Of a stretch of 64,000 nt of DNA, positions 25,348 through 37,262 are shown piece by piece; the first letter of the stretch is position 1; every line of letters starts with the position of its first letter. Source of the DNA: Nemertoderma westbladi. Lineage: Eukaryota > Animalia > Xenacoelomorpha. Under the pieces are notes generated by a model. It saw nothing but the letters and a program-made list of their open reading frames with translations. It did not search any database and was not told the origin of the DNA. The stretch is from contig JAUCBJ010007113.1 in the NCBI GenBank assembly GCA_032718475.1, positions 6,513-70,512 of the forward strand. The letters run 5' to 3'. Position numbers and translations under genes: made by a program.

Positions 25348-26907
25348 TAGTGTCATTTTCTGATGACGCGGAACCCATCCCATTCTCCAATTATCGCGTT
25401 AGTCGTAATTTGTTCATATCAATATAAAGCTTACATTGGAAGCATTACAAATATGTTACAATATCTGAATTTGTTGAGAAAATTGAGATTTGCTGAGAAA
25501 TACGCATTCAAAGATCGCAAGAATTATTGTTCTCTGTAAGCCATTTATTCTATTTAATAAATACACAAAATTCTAGAACGAGTTATTTATTTTGTGAGTT
25601 CGTGGGCAACAGCGGTATGCCTATACAATATCTAAATTACGTAGCTAATCATATATAAACAAAATGTTCCAGAACAATGGCTGGTTGCGAGAAAAGGGAC
25701 CTGGGGAAAAAATGTTCATTCTGATAAAAACGCGATTAAAGTGTGGCTCTTAAAATCGACTGTTTTCATTGGTTTATTGGTCGTTATTGGGGTGTTTGCA
25801 TTGGTTTATTGGTCGTTATTGGGTTTTATTAGAGCGAAATTCAAACTGAATTATACTAATAATAGTACTAAGTACTGTATACACTTGTTTTTTTTAGATT
25901 ATCGTAGAATATATGTAGCCTATTCAATACACTAATAATTTAGAATTTATTATGGAAACTGAAGCAGAGTGGCTGAACCTATTAAATAATAGGGTTTTCT
26001 AGGATCTAGGTTAGTTTAGCTAGGACCATTAGGTTAATTTTTTTCTAGGATTTGTAGAAACAAGCCAGGAAACAAAAGACTGTTTGCTTGGCATGTTGGT
26101 GCTCCTGAATTGGGTTGGCACATCTTACACCTCCCCGTGACTGTCACATCGTCAGAATTTGTCCACATTCCAACCACCTCAATAGAAAATAGGGCTGGGT
26201 TTGTTAGTTTTTTGTGTTAGTGTTTTGAGTACACGGTTTCGCTTTATTACTAACAATGGACAGGTCAGTCTTTGAGTACACGGTTTCGGTCTAGGTTAAG
26301 CTAATTAACCTAATCTTAGGTTCAAAAAATTAACATTGGTTGCGAGAAAAGGGACCTGCGTTTTTAATTTTTTGTTTAAAAACTCATAACTTTTTAACGA
26401 AAAACGATATGAAAAAACTAGTTCGATATTTGGAAAGCCCAGAAAATTCTGCATCTAATAGGCCTAAAAACGCAAAAGCGACCATGTGGTCCCCAGGTCC
26501 CTTTTCTCGCAACCAGCCACAATTAATTAATAGATTAAATGGCCTGCAGCGAAAAATAATTCTTGTAATCTTTGAACGCCTATATCTCAGCTGTTTCTCA
26601 ACGAAATTCAGATATTGTTACATATTTGGAATCCTTGCAATGCAAGCTTTCCAATGATATGATATGATGATATTACGACTAATGTGAAGAATGGCCACGA
26701 TGTGGAGGGTGCAATTTCGCAAAAGACACTTTTGTAAAAGGCATATAAAAAATCTTAAGGAAAAATCTAAAATTCCGGCTTCATGATAACAACCACAGCG
26801 AGTTATTACTCGGCTACTCGTGTTTCAACTTTCAAGCAATATGATAAAGATTTGTAGATAAAAAAAATTGTTTGGGGTGGGGTCCGTGTCATCAGAAAAT
26901 GAGACTA
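25348..26907. mobile_element. Non-autonomous TIR DNA element (outer), hosting a nested MITE
   Basis: TIRs are TAGTGTCATTTTCTGATGACGCGGA and TCCGTGTCATCAGAAAATGAGACTA (2 mismatches in 25 bp). No TSD evident. Confidence 0.65.
25679..26518. mobile_element. MITE with perfect 29-bp TIR and 5-bp TSD
   Basis: TIR is GGCTGGTTGCGAGAAAAGGGACCTGGGGA at both ends. ACAAT is duplicated at 25674-25678 and 26519-26523. An internal partial TIR copy lies at ~26338. Confidence 0.9.
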
Positions 26908-27851
26908 CGTGTCATGGTGTACAACGATTAAATCACGGATCGATACCCATATGCTTACCTCGCTTACTTTCAGTTTTTTCCACAATAACACAAATACCTA
27001 AATAATAGTACGAAGTTTCATTCAAACTGTGGTACAGTACAGGTTACATGGACCTATTAAATGAAACAATACAATCTTTCTGGCAAATATTATGCAGTAC
27101 TTTTATTATATAAATCGAAAAATTATTCAAATGTAAAAATTTTTTTCTAATTTAAATATATTTTGTTTATAGGCAGGAGCCTGTACTATTTCCAGTACCA
27201 ACAATTAGCATATCGAATTAATGATAATTTCTATTATCAAAGCTACCAAATATTAAAATTCCTTTAGCTAGGCCTACTGTAATATATATAACCAGTACCA
27301 AAAGTGTTTGTAGACGCAATATGTATTATTATTGATATTATTTGGTGACCTGTTGAGTTCACATTATTTATGTAAACTCGTCCGAGATGAATTACTATTG
27401 TATAGTAACCCCGCTTTGACGTACTTAGAAACACATGGTTTCAAGAAGGGTGGTTGTCCAATTTAGGGAGAACCATATGCTACAATACCCAGTTTATAGT
27501 GACGACAAGTACTTGGGAATAAATTATACCGCGCGTCACTAGTTGGCTGCACAGCACCGTCGTCCTCAAGGCAGAACTCCGTAAGTTTATTTTTAGTTCA
27601 AAAAATTTAAGATAAAGGGTTCCACTGGCAGACTGGTAAACTCGGTGAAGAGATTCGGCAATCAATTTTATTTCAGCCAACGTACAAACTTAACCATCGA
27701 ATTCGTAACTGGGATTTGGATTGGTCTTGCTGTGATGCAAACTGTCTCAAATAAAAGGTGGTTCCTCAACTAATTTATTTATTTATCAAGTAATTAATTT
27801 GTATGAAATATAACTAACTAACTTACAATTTTATAAAAAAAAACAATTTCA

Positions 27852-30800
27852 CCAAGTTCACTAAGTTGCTAAGGTAAACAAATCCCTAGAGTTACTGAGT
27901 GTTCACTAAGTTGCTAAGGTAAACTAATCCCGAGAGTTACTGAGTTCACTAAGTTGCTAAGGTAAACTAATCCCTAGAGTTACTGAGTGTTCACTAAGTT
28001 ACTAAGGTAAACTAATCCCTAGAGTTACTGAGTGTTCACTAAGTTGCTAAGGTAAACTAATCCCGAGAGTTACTGAGTTCACTAAGTTGCTAAGGTAAAC
28101 TAATCCCTAGAGTTATTGAGTGTTCACTAAGATGCTAAGGTAAACTAATCCCTAGAGTTACTGCGTTCACTAAGTTGCTAAGGTAAACGAATCCCTAGAG
28201 TTACTGAGTGTTCACTAAGTTGCTAAGGTAAACTAATCCCTAGAGTTACTGCGTTCACTAAGTTGCTAAGGTAAACTAATCCCTAGAGTTACTGAGTGTT
28301 CACTAAGTTGCTAAGGTAAACTAATCCCGAAAGTTACTGAGTTCACTAAGTTGCTAAGGTAAACAAATCCCTCGAGTTACTGAGTGTTCACTAAGTTGCT
28401 AAGGTAAACTAATCCCGAAAGTTACTGAGTTCACTAAGTTGCTAAGGTAAACAAATCCCTAGAGTTACTGAGTGTTCACTAAGTTGCTAAGGTAAAGTAA
28501 TCCCTAGAGTTACTGAGTGTTCACTAAGTTGCTAAGGTAAACTAATACCTAGAGTTACTGAGTGTTCACTAAGTTGCTAAGGTAAACTAATCCCTAGAGT
28601 TACTGAGTGTTCACGAAGTTGCTAAGGTAAACTAATCCATAGAGTAACTGAGTGTTCACTAAGTTGCTAAGGTAAACTAATCCATAGAGTAACTGAGTGT
28701 TCACTAAGTTGCTAAGGTAAACTAATCCCGAGAGTTACTGAGTTCACTAAGTTGCTAAGGTAAACTAATCCCTAGAGTTACTGAGTGTTCACTAAGTTAC
28801 TAAGGTAAACTAATCCCTAGAGTTACTGAGTGTTCACTAAGTTGCTAAGGTAAACTAATCCCGAGAGTTACTGAGTTCACTAAGTTGCTAAGGTAAACTA
28901 ATCCCTAGAGTTATTGAGTGTTCACTAAGATGCTAAGGTAAACTAATCCCTAGAGTTACTGCGTTCACTAAGTTGCTAAGGTAAACGAATCCCTAGAGTT
29001 ACTGAGTGTTCACTAAGTTGCTAAGGTAAACTAATCCCTAGAGTTACTGCGTTCACTAAGTTGCTAAGGTAAACTAATCCCTAGAGTTACTGAGTGTTCA
29101 CTAAGTTGCTAAGGTAAACTAATCCCGAAAGTTACTGAGTTCACTAAGTTGCTAAGGTAAACAAATCCCTCGAGTTACTGAGTGTTCACTAAGTTGCTAA
29201 GGTAAACTAATCCCGAAAGTTACTGAGTTCACTAAGTTGCTAAGGTAAACAAATCCCTAGAGTTACTGAGTGTTCACTAAGTTGCTAAGGTAAAGTAATC
29301 CCTAGAGTTACTGAGTGTTCACTAAGTTGCTAAGGTAAACTAATACCTAGAGTTACTGAGTGTTCACTAAGTTGCTAAGGTAAACTAATCCCTAGAGTTA
29401 CTGAGTGTTCACGAAGTTGCTAAGGTAAACTAATCCATAGAGTAACTGAGTGTTCACTAAGTTGCTAAGGTAAACTAATCCATAGAGTAACTGAGTGTTC
29501 ACTAAGTTGCTAAGGTAAACTAATCCCTAGAGTTACTGAGTTCACTAAGTTGCTAAGGTAAACAAATCCCTAGAGTTACTGAGTGTTCACTAAGTTGCTA
29601 AGGTAAACAAATCCCTAGAGTTACTGAGTGTTCACTAAGTTGATGAGATAAACTAATCCCGAGAGTTACTGAGTGTTCACTAAGTTGCTAAGGTAAACTA
29701 ATCCCGGGAGTTACTGAGTGTTCACTAAGTTCCTAAGGTAAACTAATCCCTAGAGTTACTGAGTGTTCACTAAGTTGCTAAGGTAAACTAATCCCTAGAG
29801 TAACTGAGTGTTCATTAAGTTGCTAAGGTAAACTAATCCCTAGAGTTACTGCGTTCACTAAGTTGCTAAGGTAAACTAATCCCTAGAGTAACTGAGTGTT
29901 CATTAAGTTGCTAAGGTAAACTAATCCCTAGAGTAACTGAGTGTTCATTAAGTTGCTAAGGTAAACTAATACCTAGAGTTCTGAGTGTTCATTAAGTTGC
30001 TAAGGTAAACTAATCCCTAGAGTTACTGCGTTCACTAAGTTGCTAAGGTAAACTAATCCCTAGAGTTACTGAGTGTTCACTAAGTTGCTAAGGTAAAATA
30101 ATCCCGAGAGTTACTGAGTATTCACTAAGTTGATAAGGTAAACTAATCCCGAGAGTTACTGAGTGTTCACTAAGTTCCTAAGGTAAACTAATCCCTAGAG
30201 TTACTGAGTGTTCACTAAGTTGCTAAGGTAAACTAATCCCTAGAGTAACTGAGTGTTCATTAAGTTGCTAAGTTAAACTAATCCCTAGAGTTACTGCGTT
30301 CACTAAGTTGCTAAGGTAAACTAATACCTAGAGTTCTGAGTGTTCTCTAAGTTGCTAAGGTAAACTAATCCCGAGAGTTACTGAGTGTTCACTAAGTTGC
30401 TAAGGTAGACTAATCCCTAGAGTTACTGAGTGTTCACTAAGTTGCTAAGGTAGACTAATCCCTAGAGTTACTGAGTGTTCACTAAGTTGCCAAGGTAAAC
30501 TAATCCCGAGTGTTAATGAGTGTTCACTAAGTTGCTAAGGTAAACTAATCCCAAGAGTTACTGAGTGTTCACTATGTTGCTAAGGTAAACTAATCCCAAG
30601 TTACTGCGTTCACTAAGTTGCTAAGGTAAACTAATCCCGAGAGTTACTAGTGTTCACAAGTTTCTAAGGTAAACTAATCCCGAGAGTTACTGAGTGTTCA
30701 CAAGTTGCTAAGGTAAACTAATCCCGAGAGTTACTGAGTGTTCACAAGTTGCTAAGGTAAACTAATCCCTAGAGTTACTGAGTGTTCACTAAGTTGCTAA

Positions 30801-33111
30801 GGTAAACTAATCCCTAGAGTTACTGAGTGTTGACTAAGTTGCTAAGGTAAACTAATCCCGAGAGTTACTGAGTGTTCACTAAGTTGCTAAGGTAAACTAA
30901 TCCCGAGAGTTACTGAGTGTTCACAAGTTGCTAAGGTAAACTAATCCCTAGAGTAACTGAGTGTTCACTAAGTTGCTAAGGTAAACTAATCCCTAGAGTT
31001 ACAGCGTTCACTAAGTTGCTACGGTAAACAAATCCGTAGAGTTACTGAGTGTTCACTAAGTTGCTAAGGCAAACGAATCCCGAGAATTACTGAGTGTTCG
31101 CTAAGTTGCTAAGGTAAACTAATCCCTAGAGTTACTGAATGTTCACTAAGTTGCTAAGGTAAACTAATCCCGAGAGTTACTGCGTTCACTAAGTTGCTAA
31201 GGTAAACTAATCCCTAGAGTTACTGAGTGTTCTCTAAGTTGCTAAGGTAAACTAATCCCGAGCGTTAATGAGTGTTCACTAAGTTGCCAAGGTAAACTAA
31301 TCCCGAGAGTTACTGAGTGTTCACTATGTTGCTAAGGTAAACTAATCCCTAAATTACTACGTTCACTAAGTTGCTAAGGTAAACTAATCCCAGAGTTACT
31401 GAGTGTTCACTAAGTTGCTAATGTAAACTAATCCCGAGAGTTACTAGTGTTCAAAAGTTGCTAAGGTAAACTAATCCCGAGAGTTATTGAGTGTTCACAA
31501 GTTGCTAAGGTAAACTAATCCCTAGAGTTACTGAGTGTTCACTAAGTTCCTAAGGTAAACTAATCCCTAGAGTTACTGAGTGTTCACTAAGTTGCTAAGG
31601 TAAACTAATACCTAGAGTTCTGAGTGTTCTCTAAGTTGCTAAGGTAAACTAATCCCTAGAGTTACTGAGTGTTCGCTAAGTTGCCAAGGTAAACTAATCC
31701 CGAGCGTTAATGAGTGTTCACTAAGTTGCTAAGGTAAACTAATCCCGAGAGTTACTGAGTGTTCACTATGTTGCTAAGGTAAACTAATCCCTAAGTTACT
31801 ACGTTCACTAAGTTGCTAAGGCAAACTAATTCCAGAGTTACTAGTGTTCACAAGTTGCTAAGGTAAACTAATCCCGAGAGTTATTGAGTGTTCACAAGTT
31901 GCTAAGGTAAACTAATCCCTAGAGTTACTGAGTGTTCACTAAGTTCCTAAGGTAAACTAATCCCTAGAGTTACTGAGTGTTCACTAAGTTGTTAAGGTAA
32001 ACTAATCCTGAGAGTTACTGAGTGTTCACTAAGTTGCTAAGGTAAACTAATCCCTAGAGTTACTGAGTGTTCACTAAGTTGTTAAGGTAAACTAATCCCG
32101 AGAGTTACTGAGTGTTCACTAAGTTGCTAAGGTAAACTAATCCCTAGAGTTACTGAGTGTTCACTAAGTTCCTAAGGTAAACTAATCCCTAGAGTTACGG
32201 AGTGTTCACTAAGTTGCTAAGGTAAACTAATCCCGAGAGTTACTGAGTGTTCACTAAGTTGTTAAGGTAAACTAATCCCGGGGAGTTACTGAGTGTTCAC
32301 AAGTTGCTAAGGTAAACTAATCTCTAGAGTTACTGAGTGATCACTAAGTTCCTAAGTTAAACTAATCCCTAGAGTTACTGAGTGTTCACTAAGTTGCTAA
32401 GGTAAACTAATCCCTAGAGTTACTGTGTGTTCACTATGTTGCTAAGGTAAACTAATCCCTAAGTTACTGCGTTCACTAAGTTACTAAGGTAAACTAATCC
32501 CGAGAGTTACTGAGTGTTCACTAATTTGCTAAGGTAAACTAATCCCGAGAGTTACTAGTGTTCACAGGTTGCTAAGGTAAACTAATCCCGAGAGTTATTG
32601 AGTGTTCACAAGTTGCTAAGGTAAACTAATCCCTAGAGTTACTGAATGTTCACTAAGTTGCTAAGGTAAACTAATCCCTAGAGTTACTGAGTGTTCACTA
32701 AGTTGCTAAGGTATACTAATCCCTAAGTTACTACGTTCACTAAGTTGCTAATCCCGAGAGTTACTAGTGTTCACAAGTTGCTAAGGTAAACTAATCCCGA
32801 GAGATATTGAGTGTTCACAAGTTGATAAGGTAAACTAATCCCAAGAGTTCTGAGTGTTCTCTAAGTTGCTAAGGTAAACTAATCCCGAGAGTTACTGAGT
32901 GTTCACTAAGTTACTAAGGTAAAGTAATCCCGAGAGTTACTGAGTGTTCGGTCAGTTGCTAAGGTAAACTAATCCTTAGAGTTACTGAGTATTCACTAAG
33001 TTTCTCATGTAAACTAATCCCAAGAATTACTGAGTGTTCACTAAGTTGCTAAGGTAAACTAATCCCTAGAGTTACTGAGTGTTCACTAAGTTCCTAAGGT
33101 AAACTAATCCC
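27852..33111. repeat. Tandem array B, 45-bp unit (43-bp variant) GTTCACTAAGTTGCTAAGGTAAACTAATCCCTAGAGTTACTGAGT, ~117 units
   Basis: Directly visible. Includes an 18-unit (798-bp) higher-order duplication. Confidence 0.98.
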
Positions 33112-35428
33112 CATGGTCCCCTTGGGTTGTAATTTGAAACGCTGTCGAATATGTGTCGAGAGGAATTTCCACCATTACTCGGCCAAGGAGTCTATCAGTC
33201 CCTATGGGGTTGGTCCGCCTGCCGCCATAATGGATGAATTGTTTCCATAAGCGTGTGGAGCTATCGTCATTGGGGGACTGCAGCTCCCTCCAACAAAATT
33301 CAAAAAACTGGTGGCTAATGGTGACAATACTACTACTACTAGGTCGAGCGAACTCGGACAGTGGAAATGAGATCCTTCCAGGCTTCCCGATTCTCCATAG
33401 TTGTCGCAATTTTGTTTCTCTCAAGTTCGGTATCCATTTCAATTTGGACGCGTTCCTTGTTTTTGGTTGCGAGAAAAGTAGATCTGGTATGACCTCGCCT
33501 TTACTTCGCCAGCAGTGCCCACTGAATCTTAATCTGCGTTCACGGAGGGTGGTTGATACAGGTGGTATACAACCATAGAGCTCGACGTTTGTCATGTGTT
33601 GTCTCCAGCTGATGTTTAGGGCTGCCCTTAGTAATCTTGTGTAGCAACCTCCTTAGCAGCCCTCTCCACTTTATGCAGTAGAAGCTGTACATCTACTAGC
33701 GTATTAGAGAGCAGGGCGATGTAATCCGCCAGTCTGTGTCTGTGACTGTAGTTGCCGGATATCTACTACTTCTGCGTTCTTGAAGTGTGAATCCCAGGTC
33801 TTCACCCTTTGTGGCCGTCCTCATTGCCTAATCCAGTACAATTACAAATAGTAATGGCGCAAATGTGTCACCTTGCAGTACTTAAGGGATAATGACTGTA
33901 GAAAGGGTCTAATGCCACGGTTAACAAAATCAGTTTCTATTTATATGGCCATTTCATTCTCACGGACGTGTTCAGTAAATAAATTAAAATATCATTAAAA
34001 CACAATTTATAAACCTAAACCATAATATTAAATTTAACGTACGGTACACCTAATTATTATGCCACCAAATTCCGATATAGACAGTTGTATGATTGGATGT
34101 ATTAGATTAACATATTTAGATTTATCGTAATACTGTATGTAGGCCTAGAGATATAATTGTAGGCTACATGTGTTGTTAAGGTATTAGACGTTCAACTGTT
34201 AAAAATTTAAAAATTAAAAATAAAAAGGGTGCTAAATATATTGTTGGCTCGGTAAAAATAGGTAACAGCAAAATGACGTATTTAAAAAAAAGTGTGCGTA
34301 ACGTTAAAACCAGTAAATGATTAAAAATTGTTAAAAATTGTTGGTTCCAATATTAAGTCGTTGAATTACAAATTTACAAATAAAAGTGAGGCTGGTAAAA
34401 GGGTAAAAAAATTCTAAAAAATGTTGGTTCTGAAATAAAAAATCATTAAAATATATAATTTAAAAGTAAGGAAAAGAATACCTAAGCCATGAGCTGCATA
34501 AAATTGAGGGGGATAAAAGGACACATATTACTGTTACTAAATAAAAGGAATCCCTACAAGATTACATATTACAAATTTTAAAAAGGTTTTTGTTTTGGTA
34601 TTTCCTATTGAATACTAATATGTTCGGCTATAGTACGTACATTACAGCTGGCTGACACAATGTATATTACAGCAAGTAGAGCGTACTGCACAGTTAATTA
34701 ATTATTAGAGGTGGTGTGAGTTTGTTACATCCAAATGTTAGGTGGGGGCGAGCCATCGGGTCAAAGTTTCATTCTATAGAAGTGGTACCAGTTTATTGAG
34801 GGGTGGGCGGTGGCAATTAATAAGTAATGCTTCAGTATGAATACGACGCTGGTGGTTACGAAATTGCTGGACGCATGTTACTTCGTAATTATTACAGCTA
34901 CTGAAATGTTGAAGCAATAGCACCTCCGGTTAGTTGTTGTCACAGTACATATCGGCTTGTTGTTCTTTATTGCCTTATCCAGAGCTTTCCTGTAGCTGTT
35001 GATGTTCTCCCGATGTTTATTGAGCCTCTTGTGCAGACGTTGTTCAGTTTGACCGAGGTAGTATTGATAGTGGTGAGTTTTACATTTAATGATATAGAGA
35101 ATGTTGCTGGATTTACAATCAAACCTCCTGATGATTGGCTCGCCCCACATGGTGTCTCTTTCATATCCGTAATTGCCAAGCAGGTGAGGAGGCAGCGGGG
35201 TTGCAAACATGCATGGTTACCTGGAGCTGGTTGTGGTTCCTGTTTACGTATTAGAAGCTTTCCCAAAGTAGGTGCATTTCGTGGGACAGTTTGTAATGTT
35301 ACCTCTGAGTTTACACTTTTCGAGATATAAATGCCTTTGATGTTTGAAATGATTTGTTGAATCCGTTAGTCAGCGAATGCGCAGCAGTTCAGCTCGAACT
35401 ATGGCTAGCAAGGATGGTTTGTGGTGAA

Positions 35429-35685
35429 GTAAATTTTCTTCGGCCGCTAGGCCAGGGATTACGCACAAAGTCTGACGACTTATTTCCAGTGCGGTCCCCT
35501 CAGAACTTTACTCCCTAGAGGAAACTCCAGTACTCATTTAGCTACCACTTAAGGATGCAAGGCAGAGATGCGCCCTGGCTGGTCCCTTTAAAGCATTCGT
35601 GCCGAAACGAAAACTGCCCTGGCCCATGTGAGGATCGAACCCACGACCTACAGGAGATGTGAATTCAATGCAACCACTACACCAA
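35429..35685 (-). mobile_element. tRNA-derived SINE inserted in the Penelope RT thumb region
   Basis: Minus strand has A box TGGTGTAGTGG, B box GGTTCGATCC and a LINE-like tail ggggaccgcactggaaataagtc. Flanks ttccacc / ttcacc suggest a TSD. Confidence 0.75.
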
Positions 35686-36804
35686 GGTGGAACGATGGGT
35701 AGTTTATTAGACATTGGTTTCCTATATATTTTGGTTGTTAGTTTTGTTGAGTTTGAAGCTTGAATAGTAACATCTAGGTAGTTTATGGATTTTCTGGAGT
35801 AGTCTACGGTAAACTGTATAGAGTTGTTATTGTATAGGTCTGAGCAGGCGGAGTTGAATGCATAGTTTAGTTGTTTTATATCAGTGTCAGTGAGCCATTC
35901 GTTATAAACACAAAGGCTGTCGTCCACTAATGTTCGAAAGTATAACAGGACCTGTAGCGAGATTGCGATCGCCCTCTTGAGCACTCTGTAACAACTTATG
36001 ATGGCGTAATCTCCACTGTGGCTGCCTCCCATGGGCGCCCCAGCCAACCAACTGAAGGTATAATAGTCTCCCGAAAACCGGAAAAGGTTGTGAAACAGCA
36101 GGAAACTCAATATTGCTGCTAGTTGTTCGGTGGTGAATTTGGAGCGGTATGGTAACGTAGGGTCCTCGCTGAGTGCTTGCATAGTGGCTTCGATGCCTAG
36201 TTCGGTGTGGGATGGCTGTGAACATGTCGAACATCTACCGTAACAAAAGTGTAGTGATATGTTGATCCTTGTCTGGGTAGGGTTTCTTTTAAGTCCAATG
36301 AGCTCTTTAAATAGTTCGACGCTGTGGTAACAAGTGGGTGCAGGTAGTGGTGCATTAGTTTAGATAGGGGAGTAAAGAACGCATCCGTATTCGAAATTAT
36401 AGGTCTGCCTTTGGGGATAAGTTTGCCGTTTGGGTGTTGAATCCACTCGGATCTTGGTCTGTGGTATTCTAGAGTTATAAACAAATAGCCTGTGGTAAAC
36501 GTGTTGGGGAATAAGTAAAGGCGTACGAATGGGTTTGTGATTGCAAGCTGGTCGAGAAGCTGTCTACATTTTACGCGGAATTTAGCTGTGGGGTCTCTGG
36601 GTAAGTTTGTTGTGGATGTTGAGTTTCGAGGTAGTCTCGGGTCTTGGCACGTGTGCGTGATGCAGGTGTGTCTGATAGAGGCTGCTTCGCAGGTTGGGAG
36701 TTGTTGCTACGGGGCGTTGTGGTAGCATCCGGTTGATGCGGTAAGGGTGGTGAAGAAATACCGTTTGGTGTTATCCCTGTGGCTGTGGCTTTGGCACCCT
36801 GGGT

Positions 36805-37262
36805 ATTAATATATTTAATTGAATTTATTTATTTAATCCAGGCTCTAAAGGAGCAGCCCATAAAAACGATAATATCACATATATTGCACAGCACAAAGAT
36901 CTGCAGTAGATCTGCGTACAGAATGAACGGAACAGTTTGATTTTCATATCTTTACTACAGCCTGAGAATTTTCTTATTAAAAAATTGCCTCTTCTATATA
37001 GACTAGATAAATGATTAAGTATATCGAAACTATCATCGGTTGTATTGTGAAAGATGTGACCTAGATATTTATATTTGTTTACTGTTTCTAAATATTTGCC
37101 ATTAATAGAGATGCTATTTACTACACTACTTTTATTTGGAAGGAAGTACATAAATTTTGATTTTTTTATATTATTTACAATGGAGTGCTTATCAGCGTAA
37201 TCTACGTATGTTGAGATCAAATGTTTCATACCTTCTATGGAATTAGATGGAATATTAGACCT
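36805..37262 (-). mobile_element. LINE RT C-terminal fragment inserted in the Penelope element
   Basis: Encodes NIKKSKFMYF...LETVNKYKYLGHIF...KIKLFRSFC, with an AT-rich tail at 36805-36835. Confidence 0.75.

Noticed and set aside
33882-34700. Hammerhead ribozyme or pseudo-LTR expected in the Penelope 3' region
   Set aside because: I found no CTGAnGA...GAAA core with flanking stems by eye; a covariance-model search would be needed.
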